A stretch of 64,000 nt of DNA from Octopus vulgaris (taxonomy: Eukaryota): contig OX597817.1 in the NCBI GenBank assembly GCA_951406725.2, forward strand, positions 43,772,001 through 43,836,000, given 5' to 3'. Both the position numbers and the translations under genes were made by a program. Position 1 is the first letter of the stretch, and every line of letters starts with the position of its first letter. Under the pieces are notes generated by a model that saw only the letters and a list, made by a program, of their open reading frames with translations, made no database searches and had not been told where the DNA came from. Shown here in pieces: positions 1 to 12,923 of the stretch.

Positions 1-429
1 ACTTTACACTACCAATACACCACCACCCCCATCATCACTATAGTTTTCAGTTACAAAGCTCATTTCATTTCAATTCAGTTGTTTGTTTATATCTACTTTT
101 TCTTGCTGTTGGTGTATCTCTACTCTGACAATACAAATGCTATCTGCCACTCCCTCCCACAATATAACTGCCTCCCCTGTCCATCTCTCTTTAAGCTCAC
201 CACCAGAACATCACCCTCTGCTAAATATTGTATTGTAAACATATCTCTTACTCTTTATCTTCCCCTCACCACCCTACAGTATGTGTTAATGCTTCTTGTT
301 TCACCCTTCAGCTTACCATGTGACACATCTCTCTCTACATCTTTCTTCTCTACTTGCACTTCTCCCCTCGCTCACTTTTACTCCACCCCTCTACCTAAAG
401 TATAATGAGCAAACAAACAAGCAGATTAT

Positions 430-640
430 TGGTGTGTGAATCCTTTGTATATTAATTAAAGGAGTTTTTTTTGGACATGGTTGAATATTTGTTTGGATGT
501 AGTAGTACCACCATTCCATAAATGTGAACAATACTCCAATGTAGGTCTTACTAGAGCCTCATTGTTGCTGCAAATTGAATTCAGTTGAAGATGTTGCATA
601 TTAGGCTATTCAGTAAGTTTTTATATTTATGTTGATGAAT
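430..640 (-). mobile_element. Decayed CR1/L2-type LINE RT C-terminal fragment
   Basis: Minus-strand translation ALVRPTLEYCSHLWNG around 510-560 matches the VRPxLEYCSxxW motif of CR1/L2 LINEs. Confidence 0.55.
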
Positions 641-1667
641 TAATAGTGCAGAATATACAGAAATAAAGTAGTAGTTTTTGCTTGTTATCTTGTAACTATG
701 CTCTGGAAAAATCTCTGAAAACCAATATTTATTTCACATGCTGAAAGTTGTTATAAATTAACATAAAAATAATACGAAAGTAATTTTTGTTTTTCTTAGG
801 AAAACAAACCATTTTATTTCTTAATTACACATATATAGTCTGTACAGTCATACAAAATCAGTATTAAGTTGGACACTGCAATTAGCGAGCTCTACACAAG
901 ACAAATTAGTATTATCATTTCTGTTTACTGTTTAATTATTTTTTTTTATAGTTGGTAATAATAAACCAAAGTCATTTGTCATTACATTTCAAAAGAATGT
1001 TCTTTTTGTTTTGATTTTCTCCTTTTTTATTTTTTTTTACTTTGCTTTATTTTCTGACTCGGCACATATATTTAGGAAGCAGCCAGCATTTTGAAAATTT
1101 TTAATGTCCCATACCTCATGACAAACTCTCCAACAGTTATGTCTGAGCACAAGACATTTGCTGCTTTGGACAAATGGAAATATTTAGAAAGAAGGAGAGA
1201 AGGAGCAGGAGTAAGGAGCAAGATAAATATAGAAACAGAGCAACAATAGAGAGAAGGAGGGTAATATCCAGTAAAACTTGGAATTGAATTAAATGAAAAT
1301 GTAAAGGAAAACATCATAAAGAGGTTCATATTGGAAAGGTATTGAGAAGGGGAGGTTTTTAGTAGGGTTATTAAGCAGTTGGGTTAAAGAAAGGGCTTTT
1401 CTTTCTAGAATTTACCATCTCTCTATAAGAGTGCCCAAAATGTAGGAGATAAGTCATTGATTGAAGCTTAAAAATAAAAATAAAATATCCTAGTTGAAAT
1501 TCCTGTGTTCTTAGATTTTAGTCAAAACACCAAGGAAGTTAATTAGAAATATACTATTTGAAATGGTATAAACAGTAGACAGTGATTAATAAATTTTTTT
1601 TCCATTATCAATAATTTTAAAATTAATTTTAGTTATAATGCTTTTTATTTATTTATTTTTTTGACAG

Positions 1668-1915
1668 GATAGATGGAAATAGATACACAGCACCCTTTTT
1701 TTGGGGCAGTTGGTGATAGAAACACATCTACTTCAATGAGGTGGGTAGAAACTGAAGTATATATTCCTCAGGGGAGTAGATGAGAATAGAGACACACCTT
1801 CCTCAATGGAGTTGGTGGTTAAAGAAACACATCAACTTCAATAAGGCCGGTAGAAACAGAAGCATACATTCCTCAATGGGGTAGATGATTATAGAGACAT
1901 TCCCTCAGTGAGGCA
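1668..1915. repeat. Degenerate higher-order minisatellite (~103-bp dimer built from ~34-bp subunits)
   Basis: agttggtg..agaaacacatc.acttcaat.agg..ggtagaaac.gaag.ata.attcctca..gg.gtagatga..atagagaca occurs twice (~1708 and ~1810). Confidence 0.75.
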
Positions 1916-3964
1916 ATTTGGGATTGAAGTACACTTTTCTAAGTACAGAAGTAAAAAAATGTACTTCATTGAAAAAAAAAAAGTCTTCCTTAGAGTACTC
2001 TTAATTTTTCTCTAGTGTGAGATATAACTAAAAAAAAAATCATATATATTACCTTCTGTTGTTAGTGTTTTCAGTACAATATACATGAGATTTTGTTCAT
2101 CTTTATCAATAAAATATGCATATAGAAGTCTTCTCATTATAATGTAGAGAAAAAAATTATCTAAAGTAAATTGCACTTTTGAAAGCAATGAAAAAACTGC
2201 CAAATTTTGAAATGAGAATTGTTTGACTGAAAGCAACAATGTGTTACTATGATTTGGTTCCAGCAAAAAGATGAAATATGCTGGCATATGTTTTATTTGC
2301 TCTATAGCAAGATATGGCCACTTATTTATGTAAGCATGCATGTATTTATATACATATATGCAAGTAAATATGAGCATGTATATTTGAAGTAAAATTCATC
2401 CCTCACATTCTTCAACATATTTAATCTCTTCTATTTAGAACTGTTCTATTATAGTCAATGACAATATATTCTCTAGTTAGCCAGCTTAGAACAGTACTTA
2501 ACTGTAGCTGGAACAACAAACTAATTTGGGGTGTGTCTCAAGTTGAATAGGTATACAGACACACACACGTGCATACACACACACTTGATCACACACACAC
2601 ATCTTACATAAAGAAAGAAGTTGGGTTAATCGTCACTTATTCACCTTCAAAAACATACAAAATGCACTTATTCTAAAGAGTACAAATAAAAAGTGAAGGA
2701 CACTATCTTTATTACAAAGCTCATTTTACTTAATTTACTTCTATCCATAGTTTATCTTTATTATGTTTAATTGTTTTCAGAATTGATTTTAACTTCATTA
2801 GCTAAAAAATAAGATGAAATGGATTAAATTAAGAGGAAACATACTCCAAATATGCATGAAGAATATAACAAATATGTACTGATGCTTTTAGATTTCAGCT
2901 GCCTAGTTTAACACACAAAAGTTAGCAAAGAGTTCAAAACAATTGTTGGCATCTTAATTATTGGTAACATTCCTGAAATTGAATGCCAAAAAAATAAAAA
3001 ATTATTACCCCCCCACCAAAAATGTTTTCTTTTTTGTCACCTAAATGTAACAAGAAGACTTCTATACACTCCAATATACAGACATATATATTTATATATG
3101 TGAATGTATATTTACAATTTATATTTGCATATATATATATATGTATATATACACACACACATACATACATGTTTATTTATATATGTACATGCATGTATAT
3201 AGCTATATGTATATTTAGATATATACATATAGACATATATGTATTTTCATATATATATATGTATATAAACACATTGAAACGTACATATGATATATGTATT
3301 TTATATATATATATATGTATATATGTATATATAAAGTTTATAGATTTTGACGTGTGTGTGTACACAAAGTATACATACACATATTTTCCCATACACATAC
3401 ACATAAATCCATTTGTAGATTTAATCTCAAAGATGGATTTAATGCAAGAATCCCACGGTTTTATCTCCATTCCTTTGTTATATTTGTACTGTTTTAGTAG
3501 ATAATGTCTCCTTTCATATACATGCGCAAAGCAGCGCTGTTGCAACATCTTTTGCTCGTGTAGCTGCCTGTTGTTGCTGCTGCTGCTGCTGTACTACAAG
3601 GCTAGCCAGCAGATTCTGGCATAGTTCTTAGAATCTTTGGTTAGTTCATGGTAATTTCGAATTCATTTGTGTAATTGAGTGGCGACAATCTGTTCAACAT
3701 TGGAGCAATGGTTCTCTGATTGTTAGTTATTATATGATTTCAACAAGTTGGGTATCAACATGGCCAACATATTTTGTAAATTAATTTTGCGGTGAGGGCT
3801 AGGCAAAGCTAACTTAAAGTTATAGTATTAAAAATTATTAAATGGAAACGAGACAAAAATTTCAATTTATGAATGTAACACAATAATCTGCAATGCAATT
3901 AAATCACAAAACGTCTCCAAATCCATTTCTGAACTAAAATAAATACAATAGTCATTAGGAGAGG

Positions 3965-3989
3965 ATGATGATAATAATATTAATATGAC

Positions 3990-4024
<35 letters not shown>

Positions 4025-4180
4025 ACAGGAGAGCAATGATATTGATGGTGATGGTGAAAGTGATTTCAATGATGATGATGATGATGACAATGATGATGAT
4101 GGTGATAATGATGGTGACGACGATGTTAATAATAATAATCATAATAATAACAGCAACAACAAGAGCAATAATAATGATCG
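3965..4180. repeat. Compound (AAT)n/(ATG)n trinucleotide microsatellite
   Basis: Seen directly; explains the Ile/Met-rich ORFs. Confidence 0.9.
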
Positions 4181-4483
4181 TAATTATACTTATTCCAATA
4201 ACGCTAACTGTTGTATTTGTTAGCTGGTTAAGAGGGCTTTAAGATTAATTTCTTGTCTAGGAGATTATGGGCTTGTCAGTAGGTAGTTTTATTAAGATAC
4301 CATTTAAATAAATAATGTGTTTTCCTCTTGGAGTGAGATCAGAAAATTAGAATTTTCTTTTAAAACTACAAAAATAAAAAGTGTAAATAAAAAAAAATAA
4401 AAAAATATATTTCCCAATAAAACTTAACATCTGACTCATGTATACTGCTATCTGGCAGCAGGTCAGGAAATGAAAAGTATCCC

Positions 4484-4544
<61 letters not shown>

Positions 4545-6319
4545 ATATCTGTGTGTGTGTGTGTCTGTCTGGCTGTGTGTATATGATGTTAGAAGTTATA
4601 ATGAAAAGAGTAAAACATATCTTTATATCTATATATCTATAAAAATATTCATTATCTTTAAGATATTGTGTTTAAAATTTAATAATAAAATAGTTAATAG
4701 GAAAGATTAGTTTCATTTTATTGAATATCAGTATAATAAAGGCAAGAGAGTTAACTGAATTATAATCTAACAGAACCAGCAATGCCAAGCCCCTTGAGGT
4801 TATCATTTGATGTATTACACACTATCTGTTATATAACAATACCCTTATAATATACTAAATATATCTTCAAAGATATCACAATTATTTGCTTATACTCTAT
4901 ATATACATGGATGCACATTTGTACATAGATATATACATATATATATGCAAATAGAGGCACATCCCAACAAGCAAAATATGTACTATTTACATATACATAT
5001 AATATATGAACTACATACACATATATGTACATTTCGATTTATGAATGAGCATATATGTACACTTACATAGACATGCACACATACAAACACTCACACAACA
5101 CAAATTTTCACACATAGATGTAGTTGGAAATGGAACTGTATTTTTAAAGAGTTACGTTTTCTATGGGCAAAGAGAATTGGGAATTGTTCTGATACATTTA
5201 TGCACACAGACACAAGACCTGCTGTAATGAAAAAACATGATGTCCATATGCGTATGTGTGTGAGTGTGTGGATATGTTTGGAATGTATGTGTGCATGTAT
5301 ATATGTCTATGACATTGGCACATTCTCTTTGAAGGACTCCCCATGATAATGATTTATCATATCAATTAACTGAAAAGTGTTTATTTCATCCCTACAGCTG
5401 ATTAGGCTAATCTGAAATGTTAATTAGAACTGTTCCAATGTCATATAAGTTAGATATTTCATAATACAAATTATTTCCTATGATTTGAAAAACAAAGAAA
5501 TATTCAATTTTTTTCTAAATAGGTATTTTTCTAAAACATAACTTTAGCTTAAGAATACTTATAAGTAATCAATTTATTTTTTTATTTCTAATTTGGGAGA
5601 GAGAGTGTGTATATGATATATATATATCGAGAGAGAGAGAACTGAATTTAAGGAAAGTGTTAGTAGCATCACTCAAACATGGAAATAAAATTGAAAGAAA
5701 TTATGTTGAACATAGAATAAAATGTACATTTTGAATGTACATAAATTTAAACATGAAAGTAGTTTTACTAAATAAAGTTACATGGAAGTGTTGTATGTAT
5801 TACTTTTAATTATTTGTATTTTAGAATTTTTATCCCTTAAATATATTACCTGAATCAAAGTTATTGAAACTGTAGCAACAGCATTCAATATATTTTTAAC
5901 TATATTTTTTTGCTTTTGATACCCTAAACTATTGTTTGATTCTTAGAAAGGAAACATTCTATTCTATGCAAATGAGCTGTTGGAAGAAGGGGTTGAAAGG
6001 GACTTTATTTTTCTACAAAGTGAGATGATATATTTATCTATGAGCTATTCTTTCACTAAAGTCAGAATCTAATTACAATTGTGCATCAAAGAAATGAGAA
6101 AAAGTATACCCTGATTTAAATCGATTATCAGCAAAGCTGTTAGAAGTGTTATATTTTGATATTCTGTGTCAACTGTAATTAGTAGTGAAATTAAAATTTA
6201 TAATAAAGATATATGAAGAATAAAAATGAATTAGTGACTTCATAGTTTAGAATATGTTACACAATATTTGTTTGATCTCTGGGTAATTTGTACTACTGTG
6301 CTTGTAGTAGCTTTATCCA

Positions 6320-6320
<1 letters not shown>

Positions 6321-6375
<55 letters not shown>
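6321..6375. repeat. (TG)n microsatellite
   Basis: Perfect TG run. Confidence 0.95.
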
Positions 6376-6377
<2 letters not shown>

Positions 6378-7485
6378 AGTTTCTTTTCAATTGCTGTTCT
6401 ATCTTCAAGTTTTCGTAAATTGTAAAAATATATCAACATAAACTAATCAACAAGATAACAAGAACAATTTTCTAATCAACAACAACCCAGAAGCCTCATC
6501 ATCAGTAACAACAATAACAGAAGCAAATCTTTATAATTTGCAGTTGATTTATAAATTTAAATGAAAATAAATTCATGTAAATTTACTTTTGTCTGGGTTA
6601 ATTTTCATACAGAGAAAGGCAGAATATATGAAGAGAACAGAATTGTAAATAAAGTTCAGACTTGTTATTCAATCAACTCAAACACTGGGACTAAGCAAAC
6701 ATATTGAAACTGGAGAAATGAGAACAGACCTAAAGCATTTACAACCAACAGAAAGTTAAACTTTATTATAGTAAGATAAAATTAAACTTGCCAGAAGTTA
6801 TAGAATAAAGTGGAATCTAAACACATCATCAGTAGCAGAGTAACAAAGCAATATATGTGTTAATAAAAGATGTTGAAAGCTAAGGAAGAATGTCTTAGAG
6901 TGAGAGATTCTTTAACACCAGAGCCTAGTTTCTCTTTATTGATAAGCAGAAATGGATATATACCACAAGAAGTTCAATTTGCCTTTGTTAAAGGTTATCT
7001 TAAGGTGAAGACATTTTGTATGTGTAGGATTTATTACTGTTTGTCATTTGCATTTAAGGATATGTGCATATATATATTCATATATGTAGTTGTGACATGT
7101 ATCAGTGTTGGAATTGCTCCTGTATGTGACTGTATAATGACGGAATATCTATATTTGGATAAAGAAAGCTTTAATGCAAAGAAGTTAAGGTTGTTGTTCA
7201 GATACATAGTGCATCAATTCACTTACATTTATAATGTCAAAAATACACATGTCTGAACATTTCTTTATTTACTTCATCTGAATAATGTCAGTAAATAAGT
7301 AGTTTTCTAAATGATTTTGCGTTGATGCTATATTATCTAACAGATACTGATGTAAATAATAGCAACAAAGTATTCTTAAGGTTATACTTTAACATGAAAA
7401 TAAAATCTGAAAAATCTTTTATTTAGCCCTTAAAGCAAAAATATAAAAATGTTGCTGTTTATATATATATATATATATACATATA

Positions 7486-7519
<34 letters not shown>

Positions 7520-8552
7520 CACACATATATATATATATATATGTGTGTATATGTATATATATGTGTATATATATATATTCTGGTGTCAAATCATATTGTT
7601 TAACGTTAATAATCAAATGTTAATAATGAATACTTCTATTTTCATTTATTCAAATATTTTTTTCCAACGTGGAGCAATACTAGGAGACAAATGTAAGAAA
7701 TGAATTTTTAAATGGATTCTTTTAATAAAAGCATCTGTCATTGTTAGTTAACTGAAATCTAGTATCTGACTATAGGCACATTTTCTAGCTTGGCCAGGAT
7801 GTTGCAATTGTCAAATAAAAATTGTAATTTAAATAATTATTTCAGGAAACAGTTTTAATTAACTTAAAATATTTTATTTGATATCATGATTATTAATAAT
7901 AAGAAATAGCAATGAATTAGTAGGTGAGGCAACAATATTTAATATTAATATTTTTTAGAATCATCCATGACAAAAGTGTATCCTTTAAGTTTATTAATCA
8001 TCATTAATATCTCTTATCAACACTTATGTAAAACAATATATATGTGGATTGGAGGTCTTTAAAACTAATGACTTGGTAGCTAATGCTTGAAAACAAAATT
8101 CTCTAATCAAATAACAAAAATGAATATAAAATGGGATAGAAATAGTTGGACGGAATGATGGACAAGGAGAATTTGAGCACTAGTTTAAAATATAAAAGAA
8201 TCTATGTATATTTGTATGCATCTAAATATATTTAGGTCAGGAAATGTTAGTATGCATGTTTGTGTGTGTCTATGTATGTAAGTAATGTATGTATATGATA
8301 TATATATATATATATACACACACATAATGATAATCATTATTATTATGTACATGCAAATATACATGTGCGTATGCCTTTCTTGTACAGTTTGTTAAATTTT
8401 GGTAGCGTAATGTTGTCCATTTATCAAAGCAAATAGGCTATTAAATTTACTTTTTATTCCTTTACAGGCAATGTATGTCAAAAATAAATAGTATAACTAA
8501 GATTTGTTTCAACTTACAGTTTCAGATCAAATCCCTTGCCAAACAATATGTT

Positions 8553-8591
<39 letters not shown>

Positions 8592-8680
8592 ATGCATATA
8601 TATATATATATGTATGTATATATATATATGTATGTATATATATATATATATGTATGTATATATATATATATATATGTATG

Positions 8681-8716
<36 letters not shown>

Positions 8717-8784
8717 TGTATGTATATATATATATATGTATGTATGTATATATATATATATGTATGTATATATATATATGTATG

Positions 8785-8835
<51 letters not shown>

Positions 8836-8886
8836 GTGTATATATATATATGTATATATATATGTGTATATATATATATATGTGTG

Positions 8887-8917
<31 letters not shown>

Positions 8918-8976
8918 GTGTATATATATATATGTATATATATATATGTATATATATGTATATATATATATGTATA

Positions 8977-9066
<90 letters not shown>
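8553..9066. repeat. ~510-bp (TA)n/(TATG) compound microsatellite
   Basis: Continuous TA dinucleotide interrupted by TG; explains the five YI-repeat ORFs. Confidence 0.95.
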
Positions 9067-9071
<5 letters not shown>

Positions 9072-11074
9072 TGTGTGTGTGTGTATAAGAAAGTAATATG
9101 GTTAATAAAGGGGAAAACAAAACCTAACTGAAGGGGAAGGGTGTACAATGACTCAGAGCACAATGGCAATTTTGCATACAAATGAATTCAAAGGACATCA
9201 AAATGTTTATCATGGACTAGCACTTTTGAATATTAAGTTTTGTCTGAAAATTAAGTAAGAGTTTTAGACTAAGTATAAACATTCATCAATCATAAATGTA
9301 TTTCAGACTAAAATCCAAGAAATTTATTGTTTTGTTTACTTAATAAATTTTAATTTGTTCATAGAATCAATACTAAATACTCTTTTATTCTAGATTAATA
9401 GATTTTATGTTTCTAAGCTTTGAATTAACAAGAAAATAGTTGAAGTAGATGCTTGTGTTTCCTTCTTTAAGGATAATGTTTCAGGAATAAGAATGAATAG
9501 TGTTTTGATTGTAGTTATCCATAGAAGAAATTATTGGAAAACAGGAATAGAAACCTCGTAAAATGAATGTTTTTGCATTTGCAGGCTGACAAAAAGAATA
9601 ATATAGGAAGACTGCAAATAATAATAATCAACTTAAATTAGCTAGATGAGAAGTATGAAATAAAAAAGTGAAAAAAAAAGTATATACTAATGTCTGTTTT
9701 TCTAAAATTAGGTTTCAATGCTGATTACAATGCAACCTTATTGAGCATTCATTCCAATCTTTATTATTTATTAAACAAAGAGATCTCCACTTGTCCTAAG
9801 GGAAATATTATATTGAATTCAGTAATGTGTACTGATCCTATTTCTCTGGTATTTTGCTCTCATACCATTCAGACATTTCCAAAAGAAAAGAGACTAGGTT
9901 GAATAAGTTAGGCAAAAACCAAGACAGAACTTGTATGTAGAAATGTATATCTTTAGTATAATGAAAACAAAAATTGGAATCAAGAAGAAATAATAAATGA
10001 AATGGGAAATCATAACTGCAACCAAAGACTAATATTACAGCAATAGTAACAGTTAATATCACAGTGACACAGCATATGATCTTTTGCTTAGTTATTTTTT
10101 CATTTTCTTTTCAATTATTTTAATAAAAAAGTGCATCTATGCAGCATTAGGGAAATAGTTATGAAAGACCAATGAAAAACCTGAGGTTTCAATACCACTA
10201 ATTCATACCAATGCAATATAGCACAATACAGGTATCAGTAGCAGTTAATAATACTTTCAATTAGACACAAGAATGGAAAAGAAACAAAAAAGATTTTAAA
10301 GCAATTTCTAGAAGCATGCAGTATGAGGGAGTAGTGGTGGTGTGTGTATGCTTGCATTATGTGTGTGTGTGTGTGTGTAGGTGTATGTGTGTGTGTGTGC
10401 GCATATCTTAATATATACATGTACATAAATTTAGCTTACATCCATACATTGGTGATCACTATTCAGCATTTGTGTGCATATCTTGTATATGTAATTATGT
10501 ACAATTTTATGTACACCTTTGTGTGTGTATATGTTGGTGTATATATATATATGTATATATATATATTATGTATGCATGTATATATACATACATACATACA
10601 TACACACATACATATATATATTTATATATTTAAAAGTCAACCTTGTATACATACATTCATACTAGCAGACACACACACATACACACGTATATGTATTGCT
10701 ACACAAATTTTGGGTGTGTAAATATAAAACAAGCTCACATGCACACACACATTTATATCCATTAAAAAGGGAGGAAGAAGACCAGCAAACATTCTTCATC
10801 ATACATACAAATGGAAATACACATACATACACAGGCACAAAGCTACAGATACATATCACATATACATGTATATGCCAATACTTATAAATTATTTGTAAAT
10901 AGCAAACTGAAATCTTTATAATATATATATATATATAAATATATATATGTAGTGATTTCTGTATACATGCACACAAAATTTAAGTACTTGCATTTATAGA
11001 TATTGTCTGAATATTTCAATATGCATGCGCATGTGTGTGAGAGAGAGAAAGAAAAACTGAGAGCAACAGAAGAT

Positions 11075-11107
<33 letters not shown>

Positions 11108-11686
11108 AATATATATATATGATTGCTCTTATAGTTTAAATTTAATACAAATTATAGATTTGATAGTATTTGGAAAAATATGCAATTAAAAATTTGTAAA
11201 TTATTTATAATACCCCTGCTTGAATTTAGCATGCAAACTAAAACTTTTCTCTTAGAGTTGGGTAAATATTTGTAACAATGGTATGCCTAAATAGTAACCT
11301 CCACTTGATGTAAATATCTTTTCATTTCTTTATAAATATCTATTTTCTTTTTAAAGTTTCAATATTCTATCTCCTATATGTTGCCAAGGGCATTAAAACA
11401 CACTTACCAGATGTGGAAAAATAATTCACATTGATAATTATGGTTTTATATGTGTGTGTGTATGTGTGCATGTGTGTGTGTGTGTGTCTGTGTGTATGTG
11501 CATGCACATATGGATATGTATGTGCTTGTGAATTTATTTGTCCTATTACATGGAAACACGCTTATATAAATGCATTCTGCACACACAAATATGCACATAC
11601 ATACAAACATCCACGCACGCTTACATGCATGCAAGTATGAATTTATACATTACGTACATTTATAAATGTGTATATATTTATTTATA

Positions 11687-11724
<38 letters not shown>

Positions 11725-12421
11725 ACCATAAATAAATACATAATCAAACGTATAAACATGCATATATATATAGTCATTCATATATACATATATGCCAGAA
11801 CAAAATTGATCCTAAAACATTCTCTATTGAAAATATGAATTTTGCCTTCAAGAAGTTAAAGACAATTCCTGTTTACTGTTGCCTCAATATTTTACTATCT
11901 TTTGAATAGATAGAATTAAAAAAAAAAATCACTCCAAGAGTATTACTCAAATGTGGCAAATTTTCTTTTTCCAAGTGAACAAGGAAATGCATTTAGTTAC
12001 AAATGAACATTCCTCAACCTGGTACAAACTCTGTGTCCTTGATGTCTTTTTTTACACCCCCACTTAAAAAATGCTTATGAGGAGAGGAAAAGATTTTATA
12101 TCATAAATGTGGCAATTTATATTTTCTTCCTTTTATTTTTTCCTAAATCCAGCTTAGTATTTAAAATCTGAAGAGTGTTTACTCCTGCTGAGGCAATCAT
12201 GCTTGGTGCAAAAGCTAAATAGCTTTAATTGCAGCAACAGCAGCAGCAGCAGCAGTAGCAACTGCTCTGCCTTAGTTCCCCTCCCCTTTACCTACCGACC
12301 GAAATCCTGCTGGTCATAGAAATTTGTTTAGATTAGAAGGGACAACAACAATAACAATAATATCAGTCAGTCGGTCGGTTGGTTGGTTGGTCGGTTGGTC
12401 GGTTGGTAGAGTGTGCAATCT

Positions 12422-12923
12422 TTATACATACCACTCTTTCACATCTTTTTTCTTGCCACTTTTGCCACCCCCACCACCTCCACTAACAATGCTACCACCC
12501 ATGCCTCCTCCCATACCTCCCATACCACCTATGCCTCCGCCTAAACCGCCACCAGGTGTGGTGTTGTGAGGTAGTAATGCTCCGTTGCTCTGCTGTTGCT
12601 TTGAGTCCAAGTATGCAAAGTTCTGGGTCTCATCTATTTTGTAGGAGCCCTCATCTCGACTTCGAAATTTATAAAGCGCAATAATAAGAACTATCAAAGC
12701 CACAAGAACACCAGCAGCTATGCCAACAATCAGACCAATATTCAAATCATCTGAGTTTTCAAAGGTTTTCCCTGGGAATTGATTTGTTTCTGTTTCTAAG
12801 GTATTAGTTGGGTTGTCTGGAGTGATGCTTGGTCGTGTCTTCACACTACTAGCTCCATTCCCAATGGAATTTTGATGATTGTTTCTCCCAGGTTGTGAGG
12901 GTTCAGGTGGAGTACTTATGCTC
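12422..12923 (-). CDS. NRXN: Neurexin terminal coding exon: stalk end, transmembrane helix, cytoplasmic tail with PDZ-binding motif
   Basis: Translates SISTPPEP...NIGLIVGIAAGVLVALIVLIIALYKFRSRDEGSYKIDETQNF...KKKDVKEWYV*. This matches the neurexin TM, the RxRDEGSY 4.1-binding motif and the KEW/YYV PDZ ligand. Acceptor ttttcag|G at 12923; phase 2 fits the upstream exon. Confidence 0.97.

Larger units (their letters stand above)
2690..12421 (-). other. Putative long neurexin 3'UTR (distal end uncertain)
   Basis: Follows the stop codon and contains no recognisable SINE or LINE, unlike the introns. AATAAA at 2713-2708 (minus) is followed by U-rich sequence, but other AATAAA hexamers exist. Confidence 0.4.

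Noticed and set aside
8475-9181. Five overlapping 186-209 aa ORFs
   Set aside because: YI/YM repeats produced by the TA/TG microsatellite; not genes. The same applies to the ORFs at 3022, 7449, 10344 and 26218-26602.
3565-12262. Complementary CTG and CAG runs at the two ends of the putative 3'UTR
   Set aside because: Short triplet repeats 8.6 kb apart; pairing is expected by chance.
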